From: Nocardioides sp.
GTDB lineage: Bacteria > Actinomycetota > Actinomycetes > Propionibacteriales > Nocardioidaceae
Reading direction: 5' to 3'
DNA: 64,000 bases
NCBI GenBank assembly: GCA_051657705.1
Contig: JBOFLE010000037.1
Span: 22,033-86,032, forward strand
A program made the position numbers and the translations under genes. Shown here piece after piece: positions 1-10,402 of the stretch. The notes beneath the pieces are model-generated. The model was given only the letters and a program-made list of their open reading frames with translations, searched no databases and was not told the origin of the DNA. The stretch's first letter is position 1, and each line of letters begins with the position of its first letter.

Positions 1-1262
1 GGCTGCGAGAGGATCTCCCGGGCGAGGGTCGCCACCTCTGCGACGGTGACCTCGTCGATCCGGTCGATCACCTGGTCAAGGGACAGCAAGTCTTCCCGCA
101 TCAGCTCGGACTTACCGATCCGTGACATCCGGGAGCCGGAGTCTTCCATGCCCAGGACCAGGCCGCCGCGCAACTGGCCCTTGCCCCGCTCGAGTTCGTC
201 GGCGTCGATCCCCGTGGCGCGCACTCGCTCGAGTTCGGCTCGGATGGTGTCGAGCACCGCGTCCACCTTGGCCGGAAGGCATCCCGCGGCGACCCCGAGC
301 GTGCCGCTGTCGGCGTAGTGGCTGGTGAAGGAGTAGATCGAGTAGGCGAGCCCGCGCCGTTCGCGGACTTCTTGGAACAGTCGCGACGACGTTCCGCCGC
401 CGAGCGCGGTATTGAGTACACCGAGTGCGAAGCGACGGTCGTCGGTCCTGGCCATGCCCCCGACGCCAAGCACCAGGTTGACCTGCTCGGTGGGCCGGAC
501 CGCCGAGACCCGACCGCCTCGGAGCGAACGGAGCCGGCCGGTTCGGGCCCCGGCCGGCTCGGCCCTGCCGTCGAGGAAGCCCCGACGCCCGAACGCCCGC
601 CGAACCTCGCGGACCACCGCCGCGTGTTCGAGGTTGCCGGCTGCCGCGACCACCATCGTCTCGGGTCGATAGTGCCGGCGGTAGAAGCGGCTGACCTGCT
701 CGGGCGTCATCCGGGCGATGGACTCCGCGGTTCCGGCGATGGGCCGCCCGAGCGGCGCCGTGCCCCAGGCGTGGGCGGCGAACAGATTGTGCACCACGTC
801 GTCCGGATCGTCCTCGTGCATGGCGATCTCGTCCAGGATCACCTCGCGCTCGGCGTCCACGTCGTCGGTGGCAACCACCGAACTGGTCATCATGTCGCCC
901 AGCACGTCGATCGCGACGGGTAGGTCCTCGTCGATGACCCGCGCGTGGAAACAGGTGTACTCCTTGGCGGTGAAGGCGTTGAACTCCCCGCCCACCCCGT
1001 CGAGAGCCACCGAGATGTCCATCGCGGAGCGCTCCCGAGTGCCCTTGAACAAGACATGCTCGAGGAAATGGGAGCAACCGTGCAGGGCCGGCGTCTCGTC
1101 GCGCGAACCGACCCCGACCCACACCCCCACAGAGGCCGAGCGAACCCCGGCCATCTGCTCGGTGACGATGCGGAGGCCGCTCGGCAGGACGGTCCGGCGT
1201 ACCCGCGAGGTCACCTGACCGTCCACATCGCGGACGGTCTGTACCGTGCGGGTCTGACTCAC
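1..1262 (-). CDS. M16 (pitrilysin/insulinase) family zinc peptidase, 3' end outside window
   Basis: Manual translation from GTG 1262 (VSQTRTVQT...LPSGLRIVTEQMAGVRSASVGVWVGVGSRDE) contains the HXXEH motif HFLEH. It sits directly downstream of pnp, as is usual in actinobacteria. Confidence 0.9.
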   Translation of the reverse strand, partial: MSQTRTVQTVRDVDGQVTSRVRRTVLPSGLRIVTEQMAGVRSASVGVWVGVGSRDETPALHGCSHFLEHVLFKGTRERSAMDISVALDGVGGEFNAFTAKEYTCFHARVIDEDLPVAIDVLGDMMTSSVVATDDVDAEREVILDEIAMHEDDPDDVVHNLFAAHAWGTAPLGRPIAGTAESIARMTPEQVSRFYRRHYRPETMVVAAAGNLEHAAVVREVRRAFGRRGFLDGRAEPAGARTGRLRSLRGGRVSAVRPTEQVNLVLGVGGMARTDDRRFALGVLNTALGGGTSSRLFQEVRERRGLAYSIYSFTSHYADSGTLGVAAGCLPAKVDAVLDTIRAELERVRATGIDADELERGKGQLRGGLVLGMEDSGSRMSRIGKSELMREDLLSLDQVIDRIDEVTVAEVATLAREILSQ

Positions 1263-1270
1263 GACACGCG

Positions 1271-3502
1271 CTACTCGGCAGCGGCCCCGACCGAGGCGGG
1301 CGCGGCTTCACTCTCCTCGATGACCGGCAGCAGGGACAGCTTTCCGCGGTCGTCGATCTCGGCGATCTCGACCTGGACCTTCTGTCCGACCGTCAAGACA
1401 TCCTCCACGGCCTCCACTCGCTTGCCGCCCGCCAGGGCCCGCAGCTTGCTGATGTGCAACAGGCCGTCCTTGCCGGGCAGCAGGGACACGAAGGCACCGA
1501 AGTTGGTGGTCTTGACCACCGTGCCGAGGTACCGCTCACCGATCTCCGGCATCGTGGGGTTGGCGATCGCGTTGACCGCCTGCTTGGCGGCTTCGGCCGC
1601 TTCGCCACCGGTCGCCCCGATGTAGATCGTGCCGTCGTCCTCGATGGTCAGCTGAGCGCCGGTGTCGTCCTGGATCTGGTTGATGACCTTGCCCTTGGGC
1701 CCGATCACCTCACCGATCTTGTCGACCGGAATCTTGATCGTGATGATCCGGGGGGCGTGCAGCGACATCTCCTCGGGAGCGTCGATCGCCTCGGCCATCA
1801 CCTCCAGGATCGCCAGCCGAGCGCCGCGGGCCTGATCCAGCGCCGCGGCCAGCACCTCGGCCGGAATGCCGTCGAGCTTGGTGTCCAACTGCAGCGCGGT
1901 GATGAATTCCTTGGTGCCGGCGACCTTGAAGTCCATGTCGCCGTAGGCATCCTCGGCGCCCAGGATGTCGGTCAGCGTGACGTACTCCGTACGACCATCC
2001 ACCTCACCCGAGATCAAGCCCATGGCGATCCCGGCCACCGGGGCCCGGAGCGGAACGCCGGCTTGGAGCAAGGACATCGTCGAGGCACAGACCGAACCCA
2101 TCGATGTCGAACCGTTGGACCCCATCGCCTCGGAGAGCTGACGAATCGCGTAGGGGAACTCCTCGCGAGTCGGCAGGACCGGCAGCACGGCCCGGCGGGC
2201 CAACGCGCCGTGACCGACCTCGCGGCGCTTGGGCGAGCCCACCCGGCCGGTCTCACCGGTGGAGAACGGCGGGAAGACGTACTTGTGCATGTAGCGGCGG
2301 GTCTTCTCGGGCGACAGGGTGTCGAGCTTCTGCTCCAGGGTGAGCATGTTCAGCGTGGTCACCCCCAGGATCTGAGTCTCGCCGCGCTCGAACAGGGACG
2401 AGCCGTGCACCCTCGGTACCACCGCCACCTCGGCGTGCAGCGGCCGGATGTCGGCCAGTCCGCGGCCGTCGATGCGCACCTTCTCGCGAAGAACCCGCTC
2501 GCGGACCAACGACTTGTTCAGCGACCGGAAAGCGGCGCCGATCTCCTTCTCACGCCCTTCGAACTTCTCACCGAGCTGATCGAGCAGAGCCACCTTGATC
2601 TCGTCGAGTCTCTCCTCGCGCTCGGCCTTGCCGGCAATCGTGAGGGCCTGGGCCGTCGGCACCGCGACCGCGGCGGCCACAGCGTCGTAGACCTCATCCT
2701 CGTAGTCCACGAAGACCGGGAACTCCTCCACCGGCTTGGCGGCGACGGCGGCGAGCTCGCCCTGCGCGGCGCACAACTGCTTGATGAACGGCTTGGCGGC
2801 CTCCAGACCGCCTGCGACGACGGCCTCACTCGGCGCCTGCACCCCGCCTTGGACGAGGGTCCAAGTCCGCTCGGTGGCCTCCGCCTCGACCATCATGATC
2901 GCGACGTCGCCGGTCTCGGTGACCCGGCCTGCGACCACCATGTCGAAGACCGCGTCCGCGAGCTGCCCATGGGTGGGGAACGCCACCCACTGGTTCTCGA
3001 TCAGGGCTACCCGGACACCGCCGACCGGTCCCGAGAACGGCAGACCGGAGAGCTGCGTCGACATCGAGGCGGCGTTGATCGCGAGCACGTCGTAGGGCTG
3101 GTCGGGATCCAGCGCCATCACCGTGATGACGACCTGTACCTCGTTGCGGAGGCCCTTCTTGAAGGTCGGGCGCAGCGGCCGGTCGATCAGCCGGCAGGCC
3201 AGGATGGCGTCCTCTCCGGGTCGCCCCTCGCTACGGAAGAACGAGCCGGGGATCTGCCCGACGGCGTACATCCGCTCCTCGACATCGATGGTGAGCGGGA
3301 AGAAGTCGAACTGCTCCTTGGGCTGCCGGCCGGCCGTGGTGGCCGACAGCAGCATGGTGTCCTCGTCGAGATAGGCGGTCACTGAACCGGCGGCTTGCCG
3401 AGCCAACAGCCCGGTCTCGAATTTGATGGTGCGGGTGCCGAAACGACCATTGTCGATGGTGGTCTCGACCGCTGAAATGACGGGTCCCTCTGTCACGGGC
3501 AT
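1271..3502 (-). CDS. pnp: Polyribonucleotide nucleotidyltransferase (PNPase)
   Basis: Two RNase PH domains ([14 protein letters not shown]; [10 protein letters not shown]; DMDFKVAG) plus KH and S1 domains; downstream of rpsO. Confidence 0.98.
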   Translation of the reverse strand: MPVTEGPVISAVETTIDNGRFGTRTIKFETGLLARQAAGSVTAYLDEDTMLLSATTAGRQPKEQFDFFPLTIDVEERMYAVGQIPGSFFRSEGRPGEDAILACRLIDRPLRPTFKKGLRNEVQVVITVMALDPDQPYDVLAINAASMSTQLSGLPFSGPVGGVRVALIENQWVAFPTHGQLADAVFDMVVAGRVTETGDVAIMMVEAEATERTWTLVQGGVQAPSEAVVAGGLEAAKPFIKQLCAAQGELAAVAAKPVEEFPVFVDYEDEVYDAVAAAVAVPTAQALTIAGKAEREERLDEIKVALLDQLGEKFEGREKEIGAAFRSLNKSLVRERVLREKVRIDGRGLADIRPLHAEVAVVPRVHGSSLFERGETQILGVTTLNMLTLEQKLDTLSPEKTRRYMHKYVFPPFSTGETGRVGSPKRREVGHGALARRAVLPVLPTREEFPYAIRQLSEAMGSNGSTSMGSVCASTMSLLQAGVPLRAPVAGIAMGLISGEVDGRTEYVTLTDILGAEDAYGDMDFKVAGTKEFITALQLDTKLDGIPAEVLAAALDQARGARLAILEVMAEAIDAPEEMSLHAPRIITIKIPVDKIGEVIGPKGKVINQIQDDTGAQLTIEDDGTIYIGATGGEAAEAAKQAVNAIANPTMPEIGERYLGTVVKTTNFGAFVSLLPGKDGLLHISKLRALAGGKRVEAVEDVLTVGQKVQVEIAEIDDRGKLSLLPVIEESEAAPASVGAAAE

Positions 3503-3545
3503 CCCTTTCTCGTTCGCGAAGCGAGTCGACCGCGCGAGAAGGGCA

Positions 3546-3605
3546 GGTCTTCGATCGAGGCCCGCGGCAACATCTGATCCGCTCCGAAGGCCACTACCGA
3601 GGACC
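3546..3605 (-). promoter_or_regulatory. pnp 5' leader stem-loop (Actino-pnp-like motif, probable RNase III site)
   Basis: Imperfect inverted repeat GGTCTTCGATCGAGGCC...GGCCACTACCGAGGACC in the rpsO-pnp spacer. It resembles the known actinobacterial pnp leader hairpin (recognised from memory). Confidence 0.7.
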
Positions 3606-3660
3606 GTGCCGAACGTTTGCGGCCCGCTCCTGGTTTATTGACTTGGCTTGTCCCGCCGGC

Positions 3661-3936
3661 TCAGCGCCGCAGGCCCAGGCGCTCGATGATCGAGCGGTAG
3701 CGCTCGATGTCGGTCTTCTGCAGGTAGTTGAGCAGGCGCCGTCGCTGACCGACCAGCAGGAGCAGACCTCGCCGGCTGTGGTGGTCGTGCTTGTGCTGCT
3801 TGAGGTGCTCGGTGAGATGCGCGATCCGATGGCTCAGCAGGGCTACCTGAACCTCCGGCGAACCGGTGTCGCCCTCAGTGGTGGCGTACTTGGCGATGAT
3901 CTTCTTCTTGGTCTCGGCATCGGTTCCGACCGACAT
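3661..3936 (-). CDS. rpsO: 30S ribosomal protein S15
   Basis: [14 protein letters not shown]...[16 protein letters not shown]...[23 protein letters not shown]; ATG 3936 preceded by AAGGAG. Confidence 0.97.
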   Translation of the reverse strand: MSVGTDAETKKKIIAKYATTEGDTGSPEVQVALLSHRIAHLTEHLKQHKHDHHSRRGLLLLVGQRRRLLNYLQKTDIERYRSIIERLGLRR

Positions 3937-4020
3937 GGGGCTCCTTCGGTTGTGTCGTTGCGCGGCGCGCCGGGGCCTGTTCACCCGGGCACTCTCGATC
4001 CGCGGCCGTTCTACGGCAAC
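3937..4020 (-). promoter_or_regulatory. Putative S15 autoregulatory leader
   Basis: GC-rich ~85-nt leader between a TACCCT -10 candidate (4027-4032) and the rpsO RBS. S15 leaders are established in actinobacteria; the fold was not computed. Confidence 0.45.
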
Positions 4021-4081
4021 CTCGGGAGGGTACCAGCGCGCGATGTCCAGTCCCAAATAGACGGACGACGGCGGGGTTCGC

Positions 4082-5182
4082 CTAGTCCGCGCCGACCCCG
4101 GTCCCCTCCGGCCCCGGAGACTCCACGACCGGCTTCTCGGATTCCTCCGACGGCACCGGTGAGGTGACTGCCGGGACCTTCAAGACATTCGGCGTCTGGA
4201 ACACCGGCTCCGGATCCGACCGGGTCTTCGAACCGAACGGGAAGACGTTCCACCGTTCGACGTCACCGAGCATCCAGGGCCGCTGTCGGGGCAGCCCGTC
4301 ACACTGGGCGTCGATCGGCCTTCCTTCCCTCGTGAACAGCTGGACCCCCTGAAGGGGGTCACCGTCCGCGTCATAGGGCTGGAGGTCGCAGATCCGTTGA
4401 CCGTTGTAGGTGAGCCCGTCGCGGTTGAGGGCGGGCCCGTAGCGGTCGACCGCTAGTGACGAGTAGTCGTTGTAGTTCTGGACTTCCGCGACGGCGGTCG
4501 GCCCGAGGAGTACCGCAAGCGAATTGAGGCCGAGCAGGACCAGGCGCTGGAACGTCGGACTGGGCCCGGACGTGTGACCGGGCCAGATCCGCCCTTGACC
4601 GATCCTGACCGAGATCACCACCGCGGCGAGCAGCACGAGGATGCCGATGAGCTGCCCGCCGATGCTGGGGATGAAGGTGCGCGGCCAGTTCCCGAACATC
4701 AGGTCAGCCACCTGGACTGCCACCCATGCGCGACACACCCACCACACGGGGCGCAGGACGACCAGGAAACTCCAGATGCCGTTCACGACTCCGGGCCGTG
4801 CCACGACACGCTCCCACCGGGCCCGCGAGCGGTCCAGCATCCCGGCGACATCCGGCAGCGCACGAGACCGCTCCGCGGGCTCGACCGCTGGCGGCAACCC
4901 GGCCGCGGCGCGAAGCTCGTCGGCGTAGGCCTCCGGCGTACCCACGATCATCTCGATCGAGACCTCGCCCTGGTGCGCCTGGACCTCTCCGTACTGGACC
5001 TCTCCGTACTGGACCTCTCCGGGCGGTTGCTGACCCCCGTGTTCGGCAACCAGCTCGGAGAGGTCGGCTTCGAGACCCTCGGTGAGCTCGTCGCGCACCT
5101 CGGGATCCAGATCGGACAGCCGGGCACGGACCCCGGCGACGAATACGGCGATCTCGGGCATCACATCGACGCTGGTGTTCAT
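4082..5182 (-). CDS. Membrane protein with N-terminal HAAS/DUF1700-like domain
   Basis: N-terminal helical motif [26 protein letters not shown]...[15 protein letters not shown] followed by hydrophobic helices; ATGA overlap with the PadR stop. Confidence 0.6.
   Translation of the reverse strand: MNTSVDVMPEIAVFVAGVRARLSDLDPEVRDELTEGLEADLSELVAEHGGQQPPGEVQYGEVQYGEVQAHQGEVSIEMIVGTPEAYADELRAAAGLPPAVEPAERSRALPDVAGMLDRSRARWERVVARPGVVNGIWSFLVVLRPVWWVCRAWVAVQVADLMFGNWPRTFIPSIGGQLIGILVLLAAVVISVRIGQGRIWPGHTSGPSPTFQRLVLLGLNSLAVLLGPTAVAEVQNYNDYSSLAVDRYGPALNRDGLTYNGQRICDLQPYDADGDPLQGVQLFTREGRPIDAQCDGLPRQRPWMLGDVERWNVFPFGSKTRSDPEPVFQTPNVLKVPAVTSPVPSEESEKPVVESPGPEGTGVGAD
4980..5021. repeat. 15-bp in-frame tandem repeat (2.8 copies), encoding [14 protein letters not shown]
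   Basis: TGGACCTCTCCGTAC at 4980 and 4995, partial copy at 5010. Confidence 0.9.
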
Positions 5183-5508
5183 GCGGCAGCTCCTTGAGTG
5201 AGTAGTGCGGAAACCGTGGCGGCGAAGTTTCGCCAGTCGTCCGCCTGTCGCTTCAGCTGGTCCTCCCCGGCCGGGGTGATCCCGTAGTACTTGCGGTGCG
5301 GGCCCTCATCCGAGGGCACCACATAGGAGGTCAGAGCGCCCGCGGCGTAGAGACGGCGCAGGGTGCCGTATACCGACGCGTCCCCGACGTCGGCGAGCCC
5401 GCCGTGCCGGAGCCGGCGCACGATGTCGTAGCCATAGCCGTCGTCCTCACTGACCACGGCCAGGACGGCCAGATCGAGCACGCCCTTCAGCAGTTGGGTG
5501 GTATCCAT
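5179..5508 (-). CDS. PadR family transcriptional regulator
   Basis: MDTTQLLKGVLDLAVL...GYGYDIV...SVYGTLRRL...GPHRKYYGITPAG. Confidence 0.92.
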   Translation of the reverse strand: MDTTQLLKGVLDLAVLAVVSEDDGYGYDIVRRLRHGGLADVGDASVYGTLRRLYAAGALTSYVVPSDEGPHRKYYGITPAGEDQLKRQADDWRNFAATVSALLTQGAAA

Positions 5509-5578
5509 GTTCACAGAGTATTACGTATTGCGCATTAGTTGGTCCAGCTGCCCGCCGGCGTGTCCTCGGACTGAATAG

Positions 5579-7027
<1,449 letters not shown>

Positions 7028-7048
7028 CCGGACGAGACGGGAGCCGCG

Positions 7049-8038
7049 TCACTGTCGGCGACGAACCGCCCGGTACGCCGCGCGGGCGCTGATCGCCTGG
7101 GTTAACTCGTCGAGGACGACGGTGAAGAACTGCCGCCGATACCCCTGGTCGCTGACCGCGTACACGGTGAAGTAGAGCCCCGAGAACGCGGCGAGAAAGG
7201 CCGACACCTGCAACAGCTCCTGACTCAGGAGAAGCTCCTGGCTCAGGTACTCCAGCCCGAACAGCGGGTGGAGCACATCGATTCCGCTGAGCCACGCTTG
7301 AATCACCGCGGGGTCGATGGCGAGCGCGCCGAAGACCACGAAGAATGCGAACACCGACAGCGACAGCAGCAGCACCTGGATCAGCTGAGCGATCAGCAGC
7401 ACCAGGATGAGATTGGCCTTCTCGAGTCCGGCGATATGGATGCCGTCGTGATCGAGGTCGGCCGCCGAGAGGTCACCGGCGGCCTCCGCCAGCGGCGTAC
7501 CCAGGCAGCCGGCGCGGATCCGGTCGGCGTCGAGTTGCTCGTCGAACACGGCGAGCTCCTCGGGCAACTTGACCAGCAGGAAAGCGACCGCGACCGCGAT
7601 GAAGAGCAGGATGGTGACCCACATTACGCCTCCGTCGAGTCGGGAGGCGACCTGCCAGACCTCGGTATTGATGAACAGGAAGGTAAGGAACAGCAGCAAC
7701 AAGGGCAGCGCCCGGGTGATCAGCGGGAACAAGAGCCCGAGACTGCCCAGTACCCGGCGCGCCGCCCATCCGGTGATCACTCCGGCCCGCAGCTTGCCTG
7801 CCGCGTAGAGCGCCAGCATGACCAGCGTGAGCTGGCTGCCGACGATGAAGCCGGCCTCCACGGACGAACCGGCGAGAGCCAGGAGCACGCCGGCACCGGT
7901 CCCGGCAGCCGCGGAGACCGCCGACGCCGTCGTCAGTTGGCGACGACCGAGGCCGCGGCGCACATTCACCCGGATATCGTCCACGAAGTACGGCAGGCCA
8001 CGAGCCACGAACCAGGCCTCTGGTTCGGTCAGGGACAC
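7049..8038 (-). CDS. Hypothetical integral membrane protein
   Basis: 329-aa ORF with about 6 hydrophobic segments (e.g. LPLLLLFLTFLFINTEVWQ); start overlaps the ribF stop. Confidence 0.75.
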   Translation of the reverse strand: MSLTEPEAWFVARGLPYFVDDIRVNVRRGLGRRQLTTASAVSAAAGTGAGVLLALAGSSVEAGFIVGSQLTLVMLALYAAGKLRAGVITGWAARRVLGSLGLLFPLITRALPLLLLFLTFLFINTEVWQVASRLDGGVMWVTILLFIAVAVAFLLVKLPEELAVFDEQLDADRIRAGCLGTPLAEAAGDLSAADLDHDGIHIAGLEKANLILVLLIAQLIQVLLLSLSVFAFFVVFGALAIDPAVIQAWLSGIDVLHPLFGLEYLSQELLLSQELLQVSAFLAAFSGLYFTVYAVSDQGYRRQFFTVVLDELTQAISARAAYRAVRRRQ

Positions 8039-8988
8039 AGTGCGTCTCTGGCACGGGTGACATCGTCCCGCATGGCCTTGATCAGGCTCTCGGCATCATC
8101 GAAGCGCACCATTCCACGCAAGCGGGCGATGAACTCGACCTCCACCGGAGTCTGGTAAAGCTCGAGATCAGAGCGATCCAGGACGTGGGCCTCGATCCGC
8201 CGTTCGCGATCGCCGTCGAAGGTCGGATTGGTGCCCACCGAGATCGCGGCCGGGTACCGCACCCCGCGGTCGAGAGTGCCGAACGTGCCCCCCCGGCTGC
8301 GCAGCCACCCGGCGTAGACCCCGTCGGCGGGAGCGGCCATGGCCGGTCCGATCGGAACGTTCGCGGTCGGGAAGCCGAGCTCTCGCCCGCGCTGCTCCCC
8401 GCGCATCACGGCGCCGCGCACCGCGAACGGGCGACCCAGAGCTTCGGCCGCGCCCTCGACGTCACCCGCCGCGAGGCACAACCGGATATAAGTCGAGGAC
8501 CATACCTGCGGTCCGCCGTCGAGTTCGACCGGCACCGCTCGGAAGCCCCACCGTTTGCCGAGTTGATGAAGCAACGCCACGTCACCGCCGGCCCGGTGCC
8601 CGAACCGGAAGTTCGCGCCCACCACCACCAGCCGGGCCCGCAATACCTCGGAGACCACCTGCCGGGCGAACTGCTCGGGCGACCAGCGAGCCATCTCGAG
8701 ATCGAACGGCAACACCAGGATCGCTGATGCTCCGGCCCGCTCGAGCAACTCGATCCGATCTTCGACCGTAGTGAGCATGCTGGGTGTGTGTTCGGGTCGC
8801 AGCACCGCCATCGGGTGTGGGTCGAAGATGACGGCGACCACGTTGCCGAGTCGGTGAGTCGCCGCCAACTCCCGGCACTGGGCGAAGACGTGTTGATGCC
8901 CTCGGTGGACGCCATCGAAGTTGCCGATCGTGACCACGCCGGGACTGAGGTCCTCGGACACCTCCCCCAGGGAACGCCACACCAGCAC
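8029..8988 (-). CDS. ribF: Bifunctional riboflavin kinase/FAD synthetase
   Basis: TIGNFDGVHRGHQ; VVGANFRFG; GRELGFPTAN; SVGTNPTF. Start GTG 8988 is inferred. Confidence 0.95.
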   Translation of the reverse strand: MLVWRSLGEVSEDLSPGVVTIGNFDGVHRGHQHVFAQCRELAATHRLGNVVAVIFDPHPMAVLRPEHTPSMLTTVEDRIELLERAGASAILVLPFDLEMARWSPEQFARQVVSEVLRARLVVVGANFRFGHRAGGDVALLHQLGKRWGFRAVPVELDGGPQVWSSTYIRLCLAAGDVEGAAEALGRPFAVRGAVMRGEQRGRELGFPTANVPIGPAMAAPADGVYAGWLRSRGGTFGTLDRGVRYPAAISVGTNPTFDGDRERRIEAHVLDRSDLELYQTPVEVEFIARLRGMVRFDDAESLIKAMRDDVTRARDALCP

Positions 8989-9006
8989 CCGGCAAGCCTC
9001 CCACAC

Positions 9007-9079
9007 GCCGGGGCGTCACAAAAACATGCCGAAGCGTCACAGAGTGTGACGCCTCGGCCTGCTTTTGTGACGCCTCGGC
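9007..9079. repeat. REP-like palindrome, family A (21-bp units GCCGAGRCGTCACAAA..., two forward and two reverse)
   Basis: GCCGGGGCGTCACAAAAACAT-GCCGAAGCGTCACA-GAG-TGTGACGCCTCGGC-CTGCTTTTGTGACGCCTCGGC in the truB-ribF gap; similar to 23871-23954 and 53549-53569. Confidence 0.85.
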
Positions 9080-9081
9080 GG

Positions 9082-10014
9082 TTAGCCGACGAAGACCGCG
9101 ACCGGTCGGGCCGAAGCACCGGGTGTCGCGGAGCGATACAACGCCAGGAATTCACCGCCTTCGGTGAGCACCGCGGTCAGCTCCGGTAGCGCGGCATCGA
9201 GTGGCCGACCCGTCCGGGCATCCGCTTCCCCAGCCCGATCGATGATCCGGACCGGGAATGCCGTCCGCGCCGCCTCGGCGATGTCGATCAGTGCGAATCG
9301 GTCGGCGAGGTCCTCGAGCGTGGCGGCCCGGTCCAAGCCGAACGCCCCGACCGCCGTACGCCGCAGGGCGGTGAGATGGCCGCCGACCCCCAGCGTTGCG
9401 CCGAGATCTCTGGCAATGGCTCGGACATAGGTACCGCTGGAGCATCGCACCTGGATATCCACATCGAGGAACTCGTTGTCGTGCGCGCTCCCGGACCGCA
9501 TGCCGCCGACCTCGAGCCGATGAATAGTCACCGGCCGGGGGGTGAGGGTCACGGACTCACCCGCGCGCACCCGGTCGTAGGCCCGGCGTCCGGCGACCTT
9601 GATCGCGGACACCGCGGTCGGAACCTGGTCGATGTCGCCGACGAATTCGGCGAGTGCGTCGGGTACTTGCGCCGGATCGATGGCGGCGGCCGAACGTCGT
9701 TCGACGACCTGGCCCTCGGCGTCGTCGGTAACGGTGGAGATCCCCAGCCGGATGGTGGCGTCGTACGATTTGTCGCGCGATGCCAGGTGCCCCAGGAGTC
9801 TGGTCGCCCGGTTCACGCCCAGCACTAGGACTCCGGTCGCCATCGGATCGAGGGTGCCGGCATGGCCCACCTTGCGGGTGCCGGCCAGCCGTCGGACCCG
9901 GTTGACGACGTCATGGGAGGTCAACCCAGCCGGCTTGTCGACCACAACCACACCAGAACTAGTCTCCTGGCTCGTCGAACTCAGCCTCCTCCCGCCTTCG
10001 GTACGGATCGACAT
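9082..10014 (-). CDS. truB: tRNA pseudouridine(55) synthase TruB (start uncertain)
   Basis: [15 protein letters not shown]; [16 protein letters not shown]; [15 protein letters not shown]. The ATG at 10014 overlaps rbfA, so the true start may be later. Confidence 0.93.
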   Translation of the reverse strand: MSIRTEGGRRLSSTSQETSSGVVVVDKPAGLTSHDVVNRVRRLAGTRKVGHAGTLDPMATGVLVLGVNRATRLLGHLASRDKSYDATIRLGISTVTDDAEGQVVERRSAAAIDPAQVPDALAEFVGDIDQVPTAVSAIKVAGRRAYDRVRAGESVTLTPRPVTIHRLEVGGMRSGSAHDNEFLDVDIQVRCSSGTYVRAIARDLGATLGVGGHLTALRRTAVGAFGLDRAATLEDLADRFALIDIAEAARTAFPVRIIDRAGEADARTGRPLDAALPELTAVLTEGGEFLALYRSATPGASARPVAVFVG

Positions 10015-10402
10015 CGCCGGCATACGAGGCGTTGGCCGCCGCCGCTGCCACGGCCTCGTCGGACGCGCGGGCCGCCGCGAGCACCTCGTCCAGATGGCGG
10101 GCGCTCTCAGGCAGGGCGTCTCGTACGAACGTCAACGACGGCACATGCCGCATTCCCAACTGCTTTCCTACCTCCGAACGCAACAAGCCCTTGGCCGACT
10201 CCAGGGCGGCAGCGCTCGTGGCCTCGGCGGCCTCGTCACCGAGGACGGTGTAGAAGACAGTTGCCTGCTGGCCGTCCCCGGTCACTCGGACCTCGGTGAT
10301 CGTGACGAAGCCGAGTCGCGGGTCCTTGACCCGTCGTTCCAGCATCTCCGCCACGATCACCTGGATCCGGTCGGCGATCTTGCGCACTCGTGGACTGGTC
10401 AT
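9959..10402 (-). CDS. rbfA: Ribosome-binding factor A
   Basis: [20 protein letters not shown]...[19 protein letters not shown]; ATGA overlap with the infB stop. Confidence 0.96.
   Translation of the reverse strand: MTSPRVRKIADRIQVIVAEMLERRVKDPRLGFVTITEVRVTGDGQQATVFYTVLGDEAAEATSAAALESAKGLLRSEVGKQLGMRHVPSLTFVRDALPESARHLDEVLAAARASDEAVAAAAANASYAGDVDPYRRREEAEFDEPGD

Noticed and set aside
1454-3385. 643-aa plus-strand ORF, and similar long antisense ORFs at 10390-12900, 17178-19319, 19427-21352 and 61221-63638
   Set aside because: They are shadow frames opposite well-supported genes, expected from high-GC codon bias, and show no recognisable motifs.
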